64,000 bases of DNA from a bacterium. Its GTDB lineage: Bacteria > Patescibacteriota > Minisyncoccia > Moranbacterales > DUUL01. The notes under the pieces are model-generated. The model ran no database searches, was not told where the DNA came from, and was given only the letters and a program-made list of their open reading frames with translations. Where the stretch lies: NCBI GenBank assembly GCA_018675685.1, contig JABGXP010000007.1:49283-113282 (forward strand), in the 5' to 3' direction. This document shows, one piece after another, positions 21,577 through 31,668 of this stretch. Within the stretch, counting starts at the first letter, position 1. Every line of letters starts with the position of its first letter. The position numbers and the translations under genes are program-made.

Positions 21577-22077
21577 TTATACTGCAAAAAGTGCATTAGC
21601 CTCATTCTCCAGCGGATTAATAGCTCTAAAAAGAGCAGATTTTCGGATAAATCCTCCGAAGATATCAGTGAGGGAGTCGCCAACAACAACTTCATCACTA
21701 TAAACCAGGATATGCCGTAGTCCAGTTGGAACATGCAGTAGGTCTCCGTTAACTTTACGGAATTGAGGCAGTAACCTCGCTTTTGTTTGTTTGGCAAAGC
21801 CAAGCTTCTTCCCACCTGTTTTGTGACGATCTTTTCTTGCGAAAAGAATACGACAGCAACCTTTATTGCCTTTGTGTAAGCTTGTAACGCTCATCACCAA
21901 GTCAAATTTTGGTCTTATGATAAAACCTTTCTTGGTGGGTTCAGACTCCACGTCTGCCAGCATTTCTATATCCTGGGGGAGATGCTTTGCAAAGATCATC
22001 CCTCCTTTGTGGATAGAAACTGCAGACGCCTTTACCTTGTTGCCGAAATACCTTTCTTTGAATAGAAAGTATGCCAT
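21577..22077 (-). CDS. Hypothetical protein
   Basis: 166-aa ORF with coding-like composition between the RluA-family gene and the tRNA cluster; no motif recognised. Confidence 0.3.
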   Translation of the reverse strand: MAYFLFKERYFGNKVKASAVSIHKGGMIFAKHLPQDIEMLADVESEPTKKGFIIRPKFDLVMSVTSLHKGNKGCCRILFARKDRHKTGGKKLGFAKQTKARLLPQFRKVNGDLLHVPTGLRHILVYSDEVVVGDSLTDIFGGFIRKSALFRAINPLENEANALFAV

Positions 22078-22281
22078 TGCGGTCTCCTTTTGAAAAGGTT
22101 ATGTTCCAAGTCAAACTTGAAACCCAATTAAAAAATGAACTTCTTGTGATTATTCTAGTTAGTATGCTCCACTGGGAACATACCCACTTAAATAAGTATC
22201 CAATAATAACACAACTAGCTTATCGCGTCAAATTTTGGTTATTGGAAAAAATAAAAACAGGGTAAAAACCCTGCAAATTTG

Positions 22282-22365
22282 TGCCGGAGAGAGGACTTGA
22301 ACCTCCATGGGAGTTATCCCACTTGCTCCTAAGGCAAGCGTGTATACCAATTTCACCACTCCGGC
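22282..22365 (-). tRNA. tRNA-Leu (anticodon UAG), type II
   Basis: Reverse complement GCCGGAGTGGTGAAATTGGTATACACGCTTGCCTTAGGAGCAAG...GGAGGTTCAAGTCCTCTCTCCGGCA; anticodon loop CTTAGGA. Confidence 0.8.
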
Positions 22366-22402
22366 TTTATTTCTTTGGCTGCCACAATCAACAAGTTGAT
22401 TG

Positions 22403-22492
22403 TGGCGGAGAGAGAGGGATTCGAACCCTCGGTACTCGTGAAAGTACTTCAGTTTTCAAGACTGATGCATTCGACCACTCTGCCATCTCTCC
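22403..22492 (-). tRNA. tRNA-Ser (anticodon UGA), type II, 3'-CCA encoded
   Basis: Reverse complement GGAGAGATGGCAGAGTGGTCGAATGCATCAGTCTTGAAAACTGA...GAGGGTTCGAATCCCTCTCTCTCCGCCA; anticodon loop CTTGAAA. Confidence 0.8.
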
Positions 22493-22574
22493 TACAAAAA
22501 CAACAAAAGTAACAACAAGTGCTACCTAAGAGAATGTAACAGTTTTATTTTGTTTTGTAAATAGTTGCGACACA

Positions 22575-23180
22575 TTAAAGCATCCTAACGGTTCTTTTTG
22601 ATGTTACTGCTGGTTTGATTTTTTTGTTTAAAGATGCTTTTTGTGAAGAAGTTTTCCCTTTAAGAGTTCTTTTTCTAGGAGTATCTTTTACAAAAAACTT
22701 ATCTCCTTCACTAAGATTTGTAAAATCATCAGCCTCTTCAATTAATTGAGAAGAACAACTTTCAACAAAGGCCATTACTTCAACTCTGACTCCGAAATTG
22801 TATTGAAGATATTTTACTAAAGGAATATAATCACCATCACCACTAACCAAGACAATTACATCAAGATTTTTTGCTAATTTAATTGCATCAATTGATATTC
22901 CGACATCCCAATCGCCCTTTTTCATGCCACCTTTGAAAATTTGTAAATCTTTTGACTTAACTTCATATCCATGTTTTTCAAGAGATTCAAAAAATTTTTC
23001 CTCAGTTTTTTCCTCAGTTGCAATTCCATATCCAATTGCACGAATTAATTTTCTATCTGCAACAGCTGCTTCTAAAATGCTTTTAAAGTTGGTTTTCTTC
23101 TGATATAAAACACGTGCACTGTAGTACATGTTTTGAATATCGACAAGAATGCCCACTCGTTGTTCTTTGAATTTTGACAT
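22575..23180 (-). CDS. NYN-domain (LabA/PIN-like) putative ribonuclease
   Basis: VGILVDIQNMYYSAR...LVSGDGDYIPLVKYLQ acidic-residue pattern of the NYN/LabA fold; basic C-terminal tail. Confidence 0.65.
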   Translation of the reverse strand: MSKFKEQRVGILVDIQNMYYSARVLYQKKTNFKSILEAAVADRKLIRAIGYGIATEEKTEEKFFESLEKHGYEVKSKDLQIFKGGMKKGDWDVGISIDAIKLAKNLDVIVLVSGDGDYIPLVKYLQYNFGVRVEVMAFVESCSSQLIEEADDFTNLSEGDKFFVKDTPRKRTLKGKTSSQKASLNKKIKPAVTSKRTVRML

Positions 23181-23214
23181 TTTTTTAAATTTAAATAAGC
23201 AAAAAAGGCTTTGC

Positions 23215-23484
23215 TTAGCCTTTTAAGTTTAAGTTCTTGATAACTTTAGCATAAATTTTTTCATTTGTGCTTTTCAGATATTTCATCAACTTCTTTCTTT
23301 GAGAAACCATTCCCAGTAGACCTCTTCGAGAGTGCTTGTCTTTTGGATTGGTTTTTAAATGAGACACAAGTTGTTTGATTTTTTCTGTGAATAGGGCAAT
23401 TTGAAATTCCGCTGAACCAGAGTCTTTTTCGTGTCGTTTGAAAGTTTTTGTAACTTTCGTTTTTTGCTTTGTCGTTAGAGACAT
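23215..23484 (-). CDS. rpsO: 30S ribosomal protein S15
   Basis: Strong collinearity with bacterial S15 (DSGSAEFQIALFTEKIKQLVSHLKTNPKDKHSRRGLLGMVSQRKKLMKYL); start at MSLTTKQ (23484). Confidence 0.85.
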   Translation of the reverse strand: MSLTTKQKTKVTKTFKRHEKDSGSAEFQIALFTEKIKQLVSHLKTNPKDKHSRRGLLGMVSQRKKLMKYLKSTNEKIYAKVIKNLNLKG

Positions 23485-23913
23485 AAATTTGTTACCGTCC
23501 TGTCGTAGCGTTGCTATGCAACCACTGAATAAAAAATTGTTCAACTTCGAGCAGGAAAGCTATTTCAATAAGTTATGTGTATATTCTAGCAGAAATATTA
23601 GGTTTTGGCAAGGTCCTTGAATTTCCTGGTGATCAAAATTAATTTTCAATCATGTTTAGTTTCTTAAAAGTAAAAACTATCTTAATAATTTATAGAGCTG
23701 TTTTTTTGTATATCAATAAGATCGCAGAAAAGAAACTATTTGCAGAAGAAATGTGAAATTTTTATGCTTCCAACAATAGCACGTCAGTGAATGCAGTGTA
23801 TATTTTTTAAAAAGTAGACTTTTCCGCGTTCAATGGTAAAAGATAACTTTTTATTTTATTAGGTTTAATGTATAATATAGGACACATTAAACTAATGTTT
23901 AATAGAGTCAACA

Positions 23914-24375
23914 ATGAAATATTTTTTTGAAACTGACTTTTCACACATTAGGGGGCATATTATTTTTTTGGATATCGACGGAACTATCGTCCCAGACAGA
24001 ATTGATTGTGTTTGTCAAAAAACGTTGGAAAACATTGAAAAATTAAAATTGGTTAATAGGGTTTATTTACTTTCGAACAATAGAGATAAAAGAAGACTCG
24101 AGACTGTTTCTGTAAATACGGGACTAGAATATATAAAACCTTTGCACCGAAAGCCAAAAAGGAGGATCCTACAGGAAATAAGCAGCACACCGACAGAGAA
24201 ATTTTTTGTTATTGGAGACCAAGTCTGTACGGATGTATTATTTGCTAAGCGTATAGGAGCTGAATATATACACGTAAAGCGTTTAAGGGGGGAGAATGAT
24301 AGTGTCAAGATGAGAACCATATATCTTTTCGATGACCTAGCATTAATGTTTTTGGGATTTTTTATGAAAATCTAA
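23914..24375 (+). CDS. HAD-superfamily phosphatase (subfamily IIIA, YqeG-like)
   Basis: Motif I FLDIDGTIV, later D-rich motif (GDQVCTDVLFAKRIG). Confidence 0.55.
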   Translation: MKYFFETDFSHIRGHIIFLDIDGTIVPDRIDCVCQKTLENIEKLKLVNRVYLLSNNRDKRRLETVSVNTGLEYIKPLHRKPKRRILQEISSTPTEKFFVIGDQVCTDVLFAKRIGAEYIHVKRLRGENDSVKMRTIYLFDDLALMFLGFFMKI

Positions 24376-24539
24376 GATTGAAATCGTGCATGAAAAACAC
24401 TGTTGGATTTTTAAAATTAAACAGTGTTTTAATTTATCAAGGTTTCTATGCGTGAATTGCTTTAGCTAATAAAAAAGCTATTGAAAAAGAAAATGATTGT
24501 GTGCTAAACTGATAGTAGAATTAGCTAATAAAACAAAAA

Positions 24540-25148
24540 ATGAAGAAAGGAATTAAAGGAATGTTTCAGCAGTTGCAATTCTCAACAGCAATCTTTTTGG
24601 TGGCAATAATTTTTGCTAGTTACTCTTTTGTAAGTGTTCATGTAAAGGTAGCATTATCTGCAGAAGATACCTATGAAGAAGCCAAAAAAGGCGAGGAAAG
24701 ATCAGGAGGGTCTCCTGATTTTGCTGAGGAAATGAAAAAAACTCTTGATGAGGAAGAGACTAAGAAAATTTTAGAGAAAAAAATAAACAAAGCAAGAGGT
24801 TCACTTGAAATAAATCAAAGAAGATTAAGAATTGTTAGAAATATAGTTACCAGCACTGTCGCCCAGTTACAATTAGAAAGAACTGAGATAACAGAATTGC
24901 GAGGTAATTCAAAAATTTTTGAAAAAAAGCTGAGCGAGCTGGAAATTTTATATAAAGATTATTTGAACAATCTTGTTGTGTTTAGTAATGGGAAAGGACC
25001 AAACCCTGGTGATATAAAAGAAGTCTTTGATAACGCTCGAATAAAAAAGGAACAATTGAGAGATTTTTACGACAATACTCTCCGAGGAGATTTCGAAGAA
25101 GCACTTCGTAGAAATGAAGAGTGGAAAGCAGAGGAGGCGGATAAATAA
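24540..25148 (+). CDS. Membrane-anchored coiled-coil protein, hypothetical
   Basis: N-terminal TM helix (AIFLVAIIFASYSFV), then a charged heptad-rich region. Confidence 0.3.
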   Translation: MKKGIKGMFQQLQFSTAIFLVAIIFASYSFVSVHVKVALSAEDTYEEAKKGEERSGGSPDFAEEMKKTLDEEETKKILEKKINKARGSLEINQRRLRIVRNIVTSTVAQLQLERTEITELRGNSKIFEKKLSELEILYKDYLNNLVVFSNGKGPNPGDIKEVFDNARIKKEQLRDFYDNTLRGDFEEALRRNEEWKAEEADK

Positions 25149-25163
25149 AATAAAGGAAGAATT

Positions 25164-25424
25164 ATGAAAAGTAAGATCATCGCAGGGATAATTATTTGGC
25201 TAGTCATTGCCACCGCAACTGCTGCTAGTGTTGCCTATATTAATTATGAGAAAAAAATGGACAGTTCTTTTGAATTAGCAGCCAAGGTTGATATAGATGA
25301 GGTTGAGGCAGGAAATGATAAAGTTCAAAAAAATAATATAATAGACAGTCCTTTGAGGAGTAAGGAGGAGATTTTGATTGATTTAGATAGAGGCATGGAT
25401 AATATTATTTTTGATGAGAAATAG
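25164..25424 (+). CDS. Small membrane-anchored hypothetical protein
   Basis: N-terminal TM helix; 86 aa. Confidence 0.3.
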   Translation: MKSKIIAGIIIWLVIATATAASVAYINYEKKMDSSFELAAKVDIDEVEAGNDKVQKNNIIDSPLRSKEEILIDLDRGMDNIIFDEK

Positions 25425-25521
25425 GGTCGGAGTGTATTTTTTCAAAATCGTCAGTGATGGCGATTTTTTATTTTGGTTTTTTGCTATGGTATAATAAAAA
25501 AATAAAAAAAATATTGTTAAA

Positions 25522-26355
25522 ATGTTGAAAATAACGAAGAATAAAAAAGTTGCAAAAATATTTTGGATAATCACACCAATCACATTAATATTTTTTATTT
25601 TTTTTGGGATTAGAAAGCCCTCGAATAATCGGGTTTGGGAGGTAGATCAGAGTATCTTGCCAAGTGTAGATATTCAAGAGAATGTTATTGAAATTAAAAA
25701 CATTAGAAACTTTAAGTATAAAACCGAAATAGATTATATTGAGAATTATTATGATAAGGTTTTTGATTTAAATGAAATCGTAAGTGTTGATTTTATTCTC
25801 GAGCCATTTTCAAATTGGGAAGGAGCGGCGCATACTTTTCTGAGTTTTGGTTTTGAGAATGATGAATATATCGCGGTTTCAATCGAAATTCGCAAAGAAA
25901 TAGGGGAAAAATTTTCAGTTTGGAAAGGTCTTTTGAATGAATATGAGATTATGTATGTAATTGCAGATGAGAGAGATGTTGTCAAACTGCGTTCTAATTT
26001 TCGTAAAGACGATGTTTATATATACCCAATTAAAACCAGTCAAGAGAAAACCAAAGAATTATTCTTGGATATGATGCAACGTGTGAAGAAGCTTGAAACT
26101 GAACCAGAATTTTATAATACAATTACAAACACTTGCACAACTGGAATTTTGTATCATGTAAATAAGATTTCCCCCAAGAGAATACCTTTTGATTTTCGTG
26201 TTTTGGTGCCCGGATATTCTGATAAGCTAGGTTATGAAATAGGGTTGTTTGATACAGAGCTTTCTTTTGAAGAGGCTCGAGAGAAATTCCATATAAATAA
26301 ACGAGCGGAGAAATTTTCAGATGACCCAGAATTTTCCAGACTTATTAGGGAGTAA
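25522..26355 (+). CDS. Membrane-anchored protein resembling the DUF4105/Lnb N-terminal periplasmic domain
   Basis: N-terminal TM helix; motifs NIRNFKY and YNTITNTCTTGI reminiscent of the Lnb family. Confidence 0.35.
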   Translation: MLKITKNKKVAKIFWIITPITLIFFIFFGIRKPSNNRVWEVDQSILPSVDIQENVIEIKNIRNFKYKTEIDYIENYYDKVFDLNEIVSVDFILEPFSNWEGAAHTFLSFGFENDEYIAVSIEIRKEIGEKFSVWKGLLNEYEIMYVIADERDVVKLRSNFRKDDVYIYPIKTSQEKTKELFLDMMQRVKKLETEPEFYNTITNTCTTGILYHVNKISPKRIPFDFRVLVPGYSDKLGYEIGLFDTELSFEEAREKFHINKRAEKFSDDPEFSRLIRE

Positions 26356-26420
26356 ACTTGATATATTTACAAACAAAAAACCTGGCTTATACAGGTTTTT
26401 TTGTTTGTAAATATAAAGGA

Positions 26421-27872
26421 TCAATTCGCTAGATCCAATTCTTTTTCAATCCTTATTTGTCCAATAAATTCAGGGACATGGCTAACTATTATCATTGCAC
26501 CTTTGTATTCATCTAGAGCTTTTGCAATTATTGGTAAATGCCTAAAGTTAATATGATTGGTTGGCTCATCAAGAATAAGTAACCCTGGTTTTTGCAAAAC
26601 TAACCTTGCAAAAGCAACCAAACCTTTTTGTCCTTCTGATAAAGAGCCGATTTTTGCATTAATAATTTTTTGATCTATTAGAAATCCGGCAGCAATTTTT
26701 CGTAGCATTTGTTCATCTACTATGGTCATTACAGACTCCAGCGAATCATGTACGGTTTCATCAAAATTCAGTGTAGAGAAATCTTGTCGATAATAACCAA
26801 CGGAAACTCCTTCTTTGATTTTAGTCCCATTGGAATGCTGGTCTGCAAGTTTTTCTAAAAGAGTACTTTTCCCAATTCCGTTTGGTCCCTTCAATAAAAG
26901 GTGTTCATTTTTCTTTAAAGAAATATTTGCCTCCTTTTTGGTTTCTTTGTGATCTTGCATGACTGTGAAGGAGGAAATCTCAATTAAATCTCCCATTAAA
27001 TCATCTTGTGCTGGAATTATAAAATCTCTAATCTCCTGATCTTCTCTTCGAATAGCAACTTTTTCTGCCTCCATTCTTTCCACTTCATTCTTCATCTTCC
27101 TTGCGACAAGTCTCATTTTACCTCCTTTGTTTGCGAAATAATTTATTTTTTCTTTGTTGTCGCGAATCTTTTTCTCTGCCTGAGCATTCTTCCGTTGTTC
27201 TTTTTCAACCCTTGCTGCTATCTCCTCAACTACGTTGTAGTAATCGCCAACATATTGCTCCACTTTTTGCTTATAGATATCAAGATAGAGAACTCCGTCA
27301 GTAAAGGTGTTCAAAAAGTCTGCATCATGTGAAATGACAATACAAGTTTTTTCATAACACATCAAAAAGGTCATTAAATGACCAATTCCTTCCGGGTCGA
27401 GATTGTTTGTTGGTTCATCAAGGATTAATAAATCAGGGTCCTGGATTAGAGCTGAAGCAAGCAACAGTCTCGCTTGTTGGCCACCAGAAAAATCCTTAAT
27501 CTTTTGCTCATGAGATGCATGCAAATTTACGATCTCGAGAACATTGTCAATTTTTGGAGTGATTGCATAGATTTTCTCGTCAAAGCATTTTTCAAAAAAC
27601 TCAGTTAAGCTTAATTCCATCTCTTTTGGTGGAATCACTTGCTTTGCATATGCAATCTTTAGACCATTCGAGACATGAATTGTTCCTCCTCTTGGCTTTA
27701 AATCACCAGTGATAAGGTTTAAGATGGTGCTTTTCCCAGCTCCGTTCTGGCCCATAATCGCTATTTTTGATCCAGGACGAATTGCAAAAGAAGCCTCATC
27801 AAGGATTTTTTTATCACGACTATACTCAAAAGAAACCGAATTAAACCTAATAGCTACTTCTTCTCTTCCCAT
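26421..27872 (-). CDS. ABC-F family ATPase (tandem ABC domains, no TM domain)
   Basis: Two Walker A sites (GQNGAGKST, GPNGIGKST), two signature motifs (LSGGQQARL, LSEGQKGLV), charged inter-domain linker, no hydrophobic segments. Confidence 0.8.
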   Translation of the reverse strand: MGREEVAIRFNSVSFEYSRDKKILDEASFAIRPGSKIAIMGQNGAGKSTILNLITGDLKPRGGTIHVSNGLKIAYAKQVIPPKEMELSLTEFFEKCFDEKIYAITPKIDNVLEIVNLHASHEQKIKDFSGGQQARLLLASALIQDPDLLILDEPTNNLDPEGIGHLMTFLMCYEKTCIVISHDADFLNTFTDGVLYLDIYKQKVEQYVGDYYNVVEEIAARVEKEQRKNAQAEKKIRDNKEKINYFANKGGKMRLVARKMKNEVERMEAEKVAIRREDQEIRDFIIPAQDDLMGDLIEISSFTVMQDHKETKKEANISLKKNEHLLLKGPNGIGKSTLLEKLADQHSNGTKIKEGVSVGYYRQDFSTLNFDETVHDSLESVMTIVDEQMLRKIAAGFLIDQKIINAKIGSLSEGQKGLVAFARLVLQKPGLLILDEPTNHINFRHLPIIAKALDEYKGAMIIVSHVPEFIGQIRIEKELDLAN

Positions 27873-28093
27873 ACAAAATAAAAAGTGACTATCTCTATAT
27901 ATTCTTTGATGTTTTCAAAGTAGTATTTAGAAACAATCTAATAATTAAAAATAATAAATAAAAACAAGCAACATAATATTCAGTGATGAACGTTTTCTAT
28001 TGCGAGTTATTTTAAGTTATGCAGAAAATTTTAACATATCTAATAACTTTGCCAAGTGTAACTGTTTTTTTTAAAAAATGAAAGAGGGAGTCT

Positions 28094-28972
28094 CTAACTG
28101 TGGAATTTTTTACAAGGTTCATCATCAAATTCCATCTCTAAGGTGGAATATTTAATATTATTTTCAAGTAACTTATTCTTGAGACGTTTCTTGAGCGTCT
28201 TGACTTGGTTTTGAGGGATTTCACAGCTAACAACAATATGTGAACTCAGAACATGACTTTCTCCGTCTAAGGACCAAAGATGTGTGTTGTGAACATCTTT
28301 TACGAGTTTGTCTTCTTTAAAAAATCCTTCAACCGTTTTAATATCTAGAGATTCAGGAGCTGCTTGTAAAAAAAGCATTGTAGTTGATTTGAAATTTTTT
28401 CCAACTCCCCAAAAAATATAAAGTGTGATAAAAATTGAAAGAAGGGGGTCGAGAATAGTTATCGTTGAAAAAATCATTATAATACTTGCAATGAAAACAG
28501 CCACCCAACTTAAGAGATCCCCAAGAAGATGCCACGAAATTATTTTTTCATTTTGAGTACTTCCCTTAGAAACCTTATTAATTGCTATAGCATTGACTAT
28601 CATTCCAATGATTGAAACAAAAATCATTCCCTCAGCATTAGATTGTTCGGGACTCCATAGTCGAGGGATTGCTTCAGAAAGAATAAAAATAGAGCCAATA
28701 AGTAAAATAATTGCATTAATTAGAGCAGCAAGTAGAGATAGTCTTTTGTAGCCATAAGAGAAATGAGGAGTACTTTCCTTTTTAGCTATTTTTTCTAGAA
28801 ACCAAGCAACCCCTAAAGACAGGGAGTCCTCAAGGTCATGTAAGGCATTTGAAATCACGGCGATACTATTCGTAAGATAACCGCCTATAAGTTCAATTAA
28901 AGTGAAAGATATTTTTAGAAAAAAGGCGAAACCAATATTTTTCTCTGGATGTGAGTTGTGATCATGCTTCAT
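28094..28972 (-). CDS. Cation diffusion facilitator (CDF) family metal efflux transporter
   Basis: Six TM helices; motifs ALHDLEDS and His-rich N-terminus; C-terminal cytoplasmic domain. Confidence 0.75.
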   Translation of the reverse strand: MKHDHNSHPEKNIGFAFFLKISFTLIELIGGYLTNSIAVISNALHDLEDSLSLGVAWFLEKIAKKESTPHFSYGYKRLSLLAALINAIILLIGSIFILSEAIPRLWSPEQSNAEGMIFVSIIGMIVNAIAINKVSKGSTQNEKIISWHLLGDLLSWVAVFIASIIMIFSTITILDPLLSIFITLYIFWGVGKNFKSTTMLFLQAAPESLDIKTVEGFFKEDKLVKDVHNTHLWSLDGESHVLSSHIVVSCEIPQNQVKTLKKRLKNKLLENNIKYSTLEMEFDDEPCKKFHS

Positions 28973-29140
28973 AACCTTGATTCATTAGCTTTAAGTATTG
29001 TTTATTTTAGCATAATAATAGCTAAAGATGAAAAATTAAGTTCATTAGTTAGTTACAACAGCTTAGAATACTTTCAAAATGCAAACAAAAATGTTAAATT
29101 TCGTATATAAAAGGGAGAATAAAAAGAATAATAGATTTTA

Positions 29141-29719
29141 ATGAATGAATTTCAAGTGGAGAAATCTGACGAAGAGCTCGTTGAACTATCCAAAAATGAT
29201 CCAGATGTCTTTGGGGAATTAGTCAAGAGATATGAGCAACGACTCTTTGGTTTTGTTAGAAGAATTTCTTACTATTCGACTGAGGACATTGAAGACATCA
29301 TCCAAGACACCTTCATTAAGGTTTATAAAAACCTTAATGCATTTGATAGTTCCTTTAAATTTTCATCCTGGATTTATCGAATTGCAAGGAATACCACATT
29401 TGATGCAATTCGCAAAAAACATGCCAGACCCCAAGCAGCTCGATTGGAGGAAGAGGAGCTTATAAAAATTTTTCGATCAGGGCTTGATTTGGAAAAAGAA
29501 ATCATTGCAAACGACGACTTGAGCAAAGTAAAAAAAATTATTGATAATATGCCGATTAGATATAAAGAGATCTTTGTTTTAAAGTTTATAGAAGAAAAGA
29601 GTTATGAAGAGATTATGGATATTGTTAAAAAACCAAAGGGAACGATTGCAACTCTTATTAGTCGAGGAAGAAAAATCATAAGCAAAGAAGTGAAGAGGCA
29701 GAAAATAATTTTAAATTAA
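29141..29719 (+). CDS. ECF-type RNA polymerase sigma-70 family factor
   Basis: Region 2 (DIIQDTFIKVYKNLNAFD...WIYRIARNTTFDAIRK), region 4 helix-turn-helix (SYEEIMDIVKKPKGTIATLISRGRK). Confidence 0.8.
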   Translation: MNEFQVEKSDEELVELSKNDPDVFGELVKRYEQRLFGFVRRISYYSTEDIEDIIQDTFIKVYKNLNAFDSSFKFSSWIYRIARNTTFDAIRKKHARPQAARLEEEELIKIFRSGLDLEKEIIANDDLSKVKKIIDNMPIRYKEIFVLKFIEEKSYEEIMDIVKKPKGTIATLISRGRKIISKEVKRQKIILN

Positions 29720-29724
29720 AAGCT

Positions 29725-30510
29725 ATGAAAAAAAACATCTCTAAAGAAATTATTGCAACAATTAAAAAAGAAAAAATAAAACCAATTGAAAAATGGAGAA
29801 TTAATTTAAAAAATTATCTATATTGGGGGATTGTAGTAATGATGGTTTTATTGTCAGGAGCATTTTTTTCTTTAATAATTTTAAGTGCTCTTTCTTTCGG
29901 GCCTGAAGTCTTTATGTTTTTTAAGATAGGGAAAATTCTTCGAATTTTGATTTTTGCAGCACCGTATCTTTGGATTATTGCTTTCGCTGTTTGTGTTTTT
30001 CTGGGAGTTTTGATTTTTCAAAAAACAAAAACTGGTTATAGGCATAACATCTTGTTTGTTTTGAGTACAATCCTTCTAATCGTTTCTGTTCTGGGTGTTG
30101 CCGCACATTTTTCTAGAGCAAACGAGAGATTTGAAAATAATTTTCTAGGAAAAGGTCATAGCCCAATGTTGATGAAATTGAAGAAAGAGAGACGTCTGCT
30201 GATGCCTGAAGAAGGTGTTTTAGTCGGAGTAGTAATAGAGGCTGGAGAGAATAAAATTCTACTTAAAGATCCGATGCAGAAAATATGGACTGTCGAGTAT
30301 TCCAAGAAAACAAGAATTAGAAAGGGGACTAAATTGATTATCGGGGAAGAACTGTTGATTATTGGTAGTAAAAAAGAGAAAGACCTCTTCTTGGCCATGG
30401 GCATTGGGAAATTTAAAAAGCCAAATGACATGAGATCCAAAGATCATGCGAAGGGGAAAATTTTAAAAGAAAAAAAGAAAGGGCAAGGCAATAAATATCC
30501 TAAAAAGTAA
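29725..30510 (+). CDS. Membrane protein cognate to the ECF sigma (putative anti-sigma factor), paralog of 40976-41713
   Basis: 5-bp gap after the sigma gene; ~4 TM helices plus a C-terminal soluble domain; N-terminus similar to the 40976 protein. Confidence 0.45.
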   Translation: MKKNISKEIIATIKKEKIKPIEKWRINLKNYLYWGIVVMMVLLSGAFFSLIILSALSFGPEVFMFFKIGKILRILIFAAPYLWIIAFAVCVFLGVLIFQKTKTGYRHNILFVLSTILLIVSVLGVAAHFSRANERFENNFLGKGHSPMLMKLKKERRLLMPEEGVLVGVVIEAGENKILLKDPMQKIWTVEYSKKTRIRKGTKLIIGEELLIIGSKKEKDLFLAMGIGKFKKPNDMRSKDHAKGKILKEKKKGQGNKYPKK

Positions 30511-30626
30511 ACAATGGATTGCAAACTTTTATTTTGATTACCGTATATTACTAGTGAGGCTTAAAAATGGATAGCTAGCATCCAAGAAAGCGAGAAACTT
30601 TAATAAAATAATTAAGAGTAATTTCT

Positions 30627-31160
30627 ATGGAGAAAATCAGTCAAAGCAATGATGACAAAATAGATAACAAAAAAAAGAGCATAACAAAAGAGCAAAAGAC
30701 GAAAGTTTTAATTATTGCTGCAAGTGTTTGTTTGGTAGCTGGGGTGGCTGGTGTCGGTATTGCCAAGGCTAGCTCAAAGGGTGATAGACATGAAGCTTTC
30801 GCTGAGAGATTTGCACAAAGATTCAATGTGAACAAGGAGGATGTTAAAAAAGTTTTTATCCAGCACAAAGCTGAAGTGCGAGAGGAGAGAAGAACCGCAA
30901 TAAGAAAAAGGCATGAAGACGAACTAAATCAAGCAGTTGCTAGTGGAAAAATAACTATTGCTCAAAAGATATCGATACTCAAGAGAGTAGAAGAAATACA
31001 GGCAATTAGAAAGGAGAATATAGAAGAGGGAAGAGAATTCCGCAAGGAAAGAAGGGAAGAGAGTCAAAAACATAGAGAAGAGATGGAAGAATGGGCAAGT
31101 GACAATGGAATTCCAAAAGGATTAATTGGTCATCATGGACCTCATATGCGAAAAAAATAG
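30627..31160 (+). CDS. Membrane-anchored highly charged (K/E/R-rich) coiled-coil protein, hypothetical
   Basis: TM helix VLIIAASVCLVAGVAGVGIA, then a charged helical region. Confidence 0.3.
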   Translation: MEKISQSNDDKIDNKKKSITKEQKTKVLIIAASVCLVAGVAGVGIAKASSKGDRHEAFAERFAQRFNVNKEDVKKVFIQHKAEVREERRTAIRKRHEDELNQAVASGKITIAQKISILKRVEEIQAIRKENIEEGREFRKERREESQKHREEMEEWASDNGIPKGLIGHHGPHMRKK

Positions 31161-31250
31161 TAGAAGCAAGAACTTTATAATTTCTGACTTCTCAAATAAA
31201 CTAAAAAACCACCATAATAGTGGTTTTTTAGTTTATTTCCCCTGGATTGT

Positions 31251-31658
31251 TTATTCAATGGTTTTTTTCCAAAGACCATGAACATTGCAAAATGCTCTAA
31301 CTTCAAGAATATTTTCACGTGTGTGGAATTCCATTTCAGTTGGATCTCCTGGTTTGAGGAATTTTTTCCCAACTTTATCATCTTTTGTTTTAACCTCAAC
31401 CCACTCAATATAATGAGTTTCTTCCATCGGATGTGAGATTTCACCAATTTTAACTTTAACACCATCGCCACCTTTACAAACATCGCTCGATAGTTTTTCC
31501 ATTACAGGAAGGTGTTTTTCTACTCCCTCTTCAATTACTTTTTCTTCTATAGACACCATAGGGATTCCACAACAAACTAGCTCCCCTGCTCCTGTATGCA
31601 AAACTTCCGTAATATTACCACAAAGTTCGCATTTATAGACCTGATTTCTTTTTGTCAT
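31251..31658 (-). CDS. dfx: Desulfoferrodoxin (2Fe superoxide reductase)
   Basis: N-terminal desulforedoxin Cys motif (YKCELCGN...GELVCCGIPM) plus SOR domain (HYIEWVEV...CNVHGLW); start set at MTKRNQ (31658), 10 bp after the rbr stop. Confidence 0.8.
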   Translation of the reverse strand: MTKRNQVYKCELCGNITEVLHTGAGELVCCGIPMVSIEEKVIEEGVEKHLPVMEKLSSDVCKGGDGVKVKIGEISHPMEETHYIEWVEVKTKDDKVGKKFLKPGDPTEMEFHTRENILEVRAFCNVHGLWKKTIE

Positions 31659-31668
31659 GTGTTTAAAT

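Noticed and set aside
21543-22093. ORFs 21543-21815 (-) and 21866-22093 (+)
   Set aside because: Overlap the better-supported 21577-22077 ORF in other frames or antisense; no motifs.
22281-22529. 82-aa plus-strand ORF
   Set aside because: Lies entirely across the tRNA-Leu(UAG) and tRNA-Ser(UGA) genes on the opposite strand; an artefact of GC-richer tRNA sequence.
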